This document shows, piece after piece, positions 48,075-52,203 of a DNA stretch of 52,203 nt; position 1 is the first letter of the stretch; each line of letters starts with the position of its first letter. A program made the translations under genes and the position numbers. The stretch is from Candidatus Omnitrophota bacterium. GTDB lineage: Bacteria > Omnitrophota > Gorgyraeia > Zapsychrales > Zapsychraceae. The notes under the pieces were generated by a model. That model was not told the origin of the DNA, made no database searches, and saw only the letters and a program-made list of their open reading frames with translations. The stretch lies in assembly GCA_015232535.1 (NCBI GenBank), contig JADFZM010000002.1:1-52203 (forward strand), in the 5' to 3' direction.

Positions 48075-49274
48075 ATGATTACAGAAGATTCAAAAAAAGC
48101 GAATATTCCTTTAGATTTTATATGGTGCGTTATCCCGGTTTATAATAACGCTGCCACGGTATATAAAGTTGCTGTCGGTTGCCGAAAGCGCCTTCATAAT
48201 GTTCTGGTTGTTGATGACGGCTCAACAGATACAAATGTGCCTGAGTTGTTTGCCCAAACGGACATTCATGTTTTGCGGCATGATACTAATCGCGGCAAAG
48301 GCGCGGCATTGATCACGGCTCTGAATTATATTCATGCTCACAGCGGAATGTTTATGATCACAATTGATGCGGATGGCCAACATTACCCTGAAGATATACC
48401 TTCTTTTATAGAAAATTTGCATGAGTCAACAATCCTTATTGGTAGTCGCGACTTTACAGTAGTCAATGTTCCTGGCACAAGTAAGTTCGGGCGAAAATTC
48501 TCAAACTTTTGGCTTCATATAGAAACGGGAGCGGAGGTTGCTGATACGCAAAGTGGTTTTCGTGCTTATCCGGTAGGATATTTAAAAAAATTGATATTTT
48601 CTACGAGTTATTATGATTGGGAAGTTGAGGTCCTGGCGCGTTGTGTGTGGGCGGGGCTTACAATCAAGTCTATACCAATAAATGTTTTTTATCTTCCTGG
48701 AAGAGCTCGAATTTCTCATTTTCGCCCTTTCCTTGACAATTTACGTATAACGCTATTACATTGTCGATTGATCGGACGAATCCTTTTGCCTATACCGCAT
48801 AAACAGCTTGTGCCAAAAACGAAAAAGAATGAAATTAATATGCAATTGTTCAAGGACCCAAGACATTTCTTCCAGGGGCTTTTGGCGGAGCATGCCACGC
48901 CAGTTGGGCTTGCGGCATCGGCGTTTGTTGGTATTTTTTTAGGCGTATTACCGCTATTATCGGTGCATATGGTGGTTATTCTTTATGTGGTTAGCCGGCT
49001 TCATTTAAACAAAGTAATGGCACTTGCCATTCAAAATATTTGTATGCCGCCATTTGTTCCGGTAGTTTGTATTGAGATTGGCCATTATTTGCTCTATCGT
49101 GAGTGGATTACTGAAGTATCATTACGCGTGATCTTTTGGCAGTTTAAAGATAGAATTTGGGAATGGCTGGTCGGTTCTTTAGTTGTAGCCCCGCTTTTGG
49201 CGATTTTTATCGCAATTATTGTATTTATTATTTCATCGCGTTTTCATAAGGAGCGCTTAGCCCGTGCAACCTAA
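48075..49274 (+). CDS. GT2 glycosyltransferase with C-terminal DUF2062-like membrane domain
   Basis: IPVYNN, VDDGSTD, DADGQH, DTQSGFRAYP, SHFRPFLD; hydrophobic C-terminus. Confidence 0.88.
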   Translation: MITEDSKKANIPLDFIWCVIPVYNNAATVYKVAVGCRKRLHNVLVVDDGSTDTNVPELFAQTDIHVLRHDTNRGKGAALITALNYIHAHSGMFMITIDADGQHYPEDIPSFIENLHESTILIGSRDFTVVNVPGTSKFGRKFSNFWLHIETGAEVADTQSGFRAYPVGYLKKLIFSTSYYDWEVEVLARCVWAGLTIKSIPINVFYLPGRARISHFRPFLDNLRITLLHCRLIGRILLPIPHKQLVPKTKKNEINMQLFKDPRHFFQGLLAEHATPVGLAASAFVGIFLGVLPLLSVHMVVILYVVSRLHLNKVMALAIQNICMPPFVPVVCIEIGHYLLYREWITEVSLRVIFWQFKDRIWEWLVGSLVVAPLLAIFIAIIVFIISSRFHKERLARAT

Positions 49275-50181
49275 TGTTTCCATGTGTGTCGGCCAAAAAA
49301 TAGAAGTGAAGCATCGCGGTAACGCTTTAGGCTTCTGGTTTTTTCGCCAAACCTTAGGGGTTTTTGGTTTGAGGGGAGCATATTTTTTGTTATCTGGAGT
49401 GGCGCTTCATTATCTTTTGTTTGACATTGACGCTCGTCGGCAGGCTATGAGTTATGTGCGGCATCGTTTTCCGTCAGACGGGTTTTTACAAAATGTTAAT
49501 GCTGTTTATCGCATTTTTATTAGTCAAGGACGCCATTTAATTGATCACTTTGCTTCATTAACCGGGACGGTTGATTTTGATATGATGTTGGAAGGCAAAG
49601 AGATTATCAAGAAGGTTAGCGACGCTAAAGAAGGGTGTATTTTACTTACTTCGCATTTCGGTAATTGGCAAATTGCGATGCCTGCTTTTGCCCAAGTCAA
49701 CAAGAAGGTTTATCTTGTTATGCGACCCGAAGATAATCAAGCGGTCGCTCAATCGTTAGGGATTGGCCGGGAAAGTTCGCAAATCCATTTGATTTCGCCC
49801 GAGGGCAATTTGGGAGGAGCCATTGAAATTGTTAAAGCGGTTCAAGAAGGCGCTGTTGTTTCAATGATGGGCGATCGTCGCTATGGATTTGATAGTGTTA
49901 AAGTCCCTTCCTTTTTAGGCCAACCGGCCTTTTTCCCTTACGGGGCCTTTGTCATTGCCGCCACTTGTCAAGTTCCAGTAATTGTCTTTTTATCCGTGAA
50001 AACAGGGGATAGAAAATATACGGTGGATATTTCTCGGGTGATCTATCCTTCTTATAAAGAAGGTAAACCAAAAAAAGATCAATTGACAGAATGGGTTCAG
50101 GAATACGTTGGGGTTCTAGAAGAGTTTGCCCAAAAGTACCCGTATCAATGCTTTTTATTTCATGATGTTTGGAAAACATAA
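49264..50181 (+). CDS. LpxL/LpxP-like lipid acyltransferase
   Basis: GTG start; TSHFGNWQ, MGDR, FLG..AFFP, YPYQCFLFHDVW. Confidence 0.8.
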   Translation: MQPNVSMCVGQKIEVKHRGNALGFWFFRQTLGVFGLRGAYFLLSGVALHYLLFDIDARRQAMSYVRHRFPSDGFLQNVNAVYRIFISQGRHLIDHFASLTGTVDFDMMLEGKEIIKKVSDAKEGCILLTSHFGNWQIAMPAFAQVNKKVYLVMRPEDNQAVAQSLGIGRESSQIHLISPEGNLGGAIEIVKAVQEGAVVSMMGDRRYGFDSVKVPSFLGQPAFFPYGAFVIAATCQVPVIVFLSVKTGDRKYTVDISRVIYPSYKEGKPKKDQLTEWVQEYVGVLEEFAQKYPYQCFLFHDVWKT

Positions 50182-50194
50182 TAACGGAGGATAT

Positions 50195-50473
50195 ATGGAT
50201 CAAAAAGAACAAGAGCTGTCAGAAATTCGAAAGAAATTAAAAGAATTAATTGTTACAGGCCTTTCATTGGAAGGGGTTGACCCGAAACTTATCAAAGACG
50301 ACGAAATTCTCTTCGGCGAAGGGCTGGGTTTAGATTCTCTAGACGCTGTTGAAATTGTTGTTCTTTTGCAGCGCAATTGGGGATTGGAAGTAAAGGATAT
50401 GAAAGAAGGGCAGAAGGCCTTTTCCTCCATCAATACCCTAGCGAATTATGTTTATGATCACATTAAGAAATAA
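50195..50473 (+). CDS. Acyl carrier protein (aryl-polyene type)
   Basis: LFGEGLGLDSLDAVE; GGAGG RBS. Confidence 0.92.
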   Translation: MDQKEQELSEIRKKLKELIVTGLSLEGVDPKLIKDDEILFGEGLGLDSLDAVEIVVLLQRNWGLEVKDMKEGQKAFSSINTLANYVYDHIKK

Positions 50474-50480
50474 TTGAAAT

Positions 50481-51647
50481 ATGCCAGTGAAACCGGTTGT
50501 TATTAGTTCAATGGGCGCAATTTGCGCGGCTGGAAAGACGACTTTGGAGATTATCTCGACATTCGAATCCTACCGTCGAAATCCAGGCCTCCCGACTATC
50601 TTTGAATCTTCGCTGGATTTTCCTGTCTTTGAGGTTAAGAAATTTTCACATCCTCCAGAAATTATGCGAACTTTGGCGCTTGCTTATGTTGCCTTAGATG
50701 AAGCTATATCGGACGCGGGGCTAGATGGAAGCCTTAAAGGATCAAGGGTGGGAATTTGTATGGGGACCACGGTTGCCAGTCAACTTAACGATGAATCTTG
50801 GTATCGGAGATATTGTATTGAAAATAAAATTTATCCTGAACCGATCGATAAATATTTTAAAGGAAATCTGGCTGAAGCACTAGCTCTTCGCTTAGGAATT
50901 TTGGGTCCAGCATTAACAATTGTGAATGCATGTTCTTCTGGCGCGGATGCTATAGGGGTAGCAATGGATTGGCTTTCAACAGGGATTTGCGATATTGTCA
51001 TTGCCGGTGGGGCTGATGAGATTAATCATATTCCTTATTGTGGTTTTGGCGCATTGAGCGTTACAAGCTCATTGCCATGCAAACCTTTTGATAAGAATAG
51101 GAATGGTTTGAATTTAGGCGAGGGGGCAGGTATTTTAATTTTAGAGACAGAAGCGTCTGCGGTAAGGCGCTCAAGGAAGCCGGATCTTTTTGTTTCCGGT
51201 TATGGCGCGGCTGCGGATGCGTATCATCTGACAGCGCCACGGCCCGATGGCTCCGGCCTGGCGAAAGCGATTGATATGGCTTTTACTCAAGCCGGACTAA
51301 AAGCGCAAGACATAGCTTTTGTTAATGCTCACGGCACCTCGACTCGGGATAATGACCTGGCGGAAGGTCGCGCGTTACTGCGAATTTTTGGACAAGATCT
51401 CAAATTTCTTTCAACCAAAGGTTTTACCGGGCATACTCTTGGCGCAGCAGGTGCGTTAGAAGCTATTTTTATTGCTCTCGCTTTGCGCCATGGCTGGATA
51501 CCAGGCAATATTGGATTTGAAGAAACGGACGAAGAAATAGGAATTGCTCCGGTAATGAAGAAGACCTCTGTTGGGGGGAAAGCTGCCCTCTCAACGTCAT
51601 TAGCTTTTGGGGGAAACAATGCGGCTTTGATCGTTTCAAGATGCTAA
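50481..51647 (+). CDS. Beta-ketoacyl-ACP synthase
   Basis: NACSSG, HGTST, GHTLGA, AFGGNNA. Confidence 0.92.
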   Translation: MPVKPVVISSMGAICAAGKTTLEIISTFESYRRNPGLPTIFESSLDFPVFEVKKFSHPPEIMRTLALAYVALDEAISDAGLDGSLKGSRVGICMGTTVASQLNDESWYRRYCIENKIYPEPIDKYFKGNLAEALALRLGILGPALTIVNACSSGADAIGVAMDWLSTGICDIVIAGGADEINHIPYCGFGALSVTSSLPCKPFDKNRNGLNLGEGAGILILETEASAVRRSRKPDLFVSGYGAAADAYHLTAPRPDGSGLAKAIDMAFTQAGLKAQDIAFVNAHGTSTRDNDLAEGRALLRIFGQDLKFLSTKGFTGHTLGAAGALEAIFIALALRHGWIPGNIGFEETDEEIGIAPVMKKTSVGGKAALSTSLAFGGNNAALIVSRC

Positions 51648-52203
51648 TGCATATTAATGGAATCGGTATTATTTCGCCAGTTGGTCGCGGCCTAGAAGTT
51701 CATCGTCAGGCTTTGGCTAATGCTTCTTTGCCGGCTGTTGTTGATGGGTTTCATCGAGTTTCCGAAAAGGACCTGAAAGATCCTTGTCTGGCCAAGGATG
51801 CTCGGCGAGCAGGCCGATTCGACCGTATAGCAATTTTGGCTGGGATGGATGCTCTTAAAGATGCAGGGATCTGTTTGGATATAGATTCGCCACAAATTGG
51901 CCTGATTTTGGCTACAAGCTTTGGGCCACATTCAACAACCTTTCGTTTTCTAGATGACCTTTTGAATTTCAAAGAAAAAGATGTTTCGCCAACACTCTTT
52001 TCTCATTCTGTTCACAATGCCGCAGCGTCTTATTTATCACTTCTGGCTCGCATACAAGGGCCCACATTAACTGTTACGCGTTTCTTTTTTGCATTTGAGG
52101 AGGCGCTGTCTTTGGCGTGTTCTTGGCTTGAGCAGCAAAGATGCAAGCATGTTTTGGTTGGCGCCGTTGATGAATTAGGGTCTGTGATGGAACAGATTAT
52201 TCG
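51647..52203 (+). CDS. Chain-length-factor-like ketosynthase N-terminal domain (partial, runs off the window)
   Basis: Own translation: MHINGIGIISPVG..RRAGRFDRIA..VSPTLFSHSVHNAAASY..GPTLTVTRFF (no Cys)..VLVGAVDE; absent from the ORF track because it has no stop. Confidence 0.8.
   Translation, partial: MHINGIGIISPVGRGLEVHRQALANASLPAVVDGFHRVSEKDLKDPCLAKDARRAGRFDRIAILAGMDALKDAGICLDIDSPQIGLILATSFGPHSTTFRFLDDLLNFKEKDVSPTLFSHSVHNAAASYLSLLARIQGPTLTVTRFFFAFEEALSLACSWLEQQRCKHVLVGAVDELGSVMEQII

Noticed and set aside
29722-52203. Calling the product a ladderane or a standard aryl polyene
   Set aside because: Gene content is only similar, no anammox genes are visible here, the cluster is truncated, and the product cannot be read from sequence

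Overview
Bacterial chromosome window from a diderm, probably anaerobic organism. Gene style suggests Candidatus Omnitrophota/PVC, but that is inference only. Nearly all genes are on the + strand, in four blocks. (1) 1-14.1 kb: a surface-polysaccharide/LPS operon with a TPP-dependent E1 alpha/beta pair, an Fcl-like protein, an epimerase, a B12 radical SAM enzyme, HddA/HddC/GmhB heptose enzymes, a His-type (ColD/E1-like) PLP enzyme, a DegT aminotransferase and GT2/GT4/GT9/GT28 transferases. (2) 14.1-20.4 kb: a PriA lacking helicase motifs, fmt, a kinetoplastid-type gap, a pilin, a small DUF4032-like gene, and a minus-strand beta-helix protein under a c-di-GMP-I riboswitch. (3) 20.7-29.5 kb: a T2SS/type IV filament cluster (gspEFGHIJK, PilMN, PilO; no secretin seen). 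Its gspF-gspG gap holds a 93-bp structured direct repeat and REP-like inverted repeats. (4) 29.7 kb to the end, truncated: a >22-kb type II FAS/PKS lipid cluster of the aryl-polyene/ladderane-like kind, with three radical SAM enzymes (one fused to a hotdog dehydratase), a PagL-like barrel, MMPL/LolA export, and lipoprotein genes inserted behind a duplicated ketosynthase 3' tail. No rRNA, tRNA or CRISPR array was seen.
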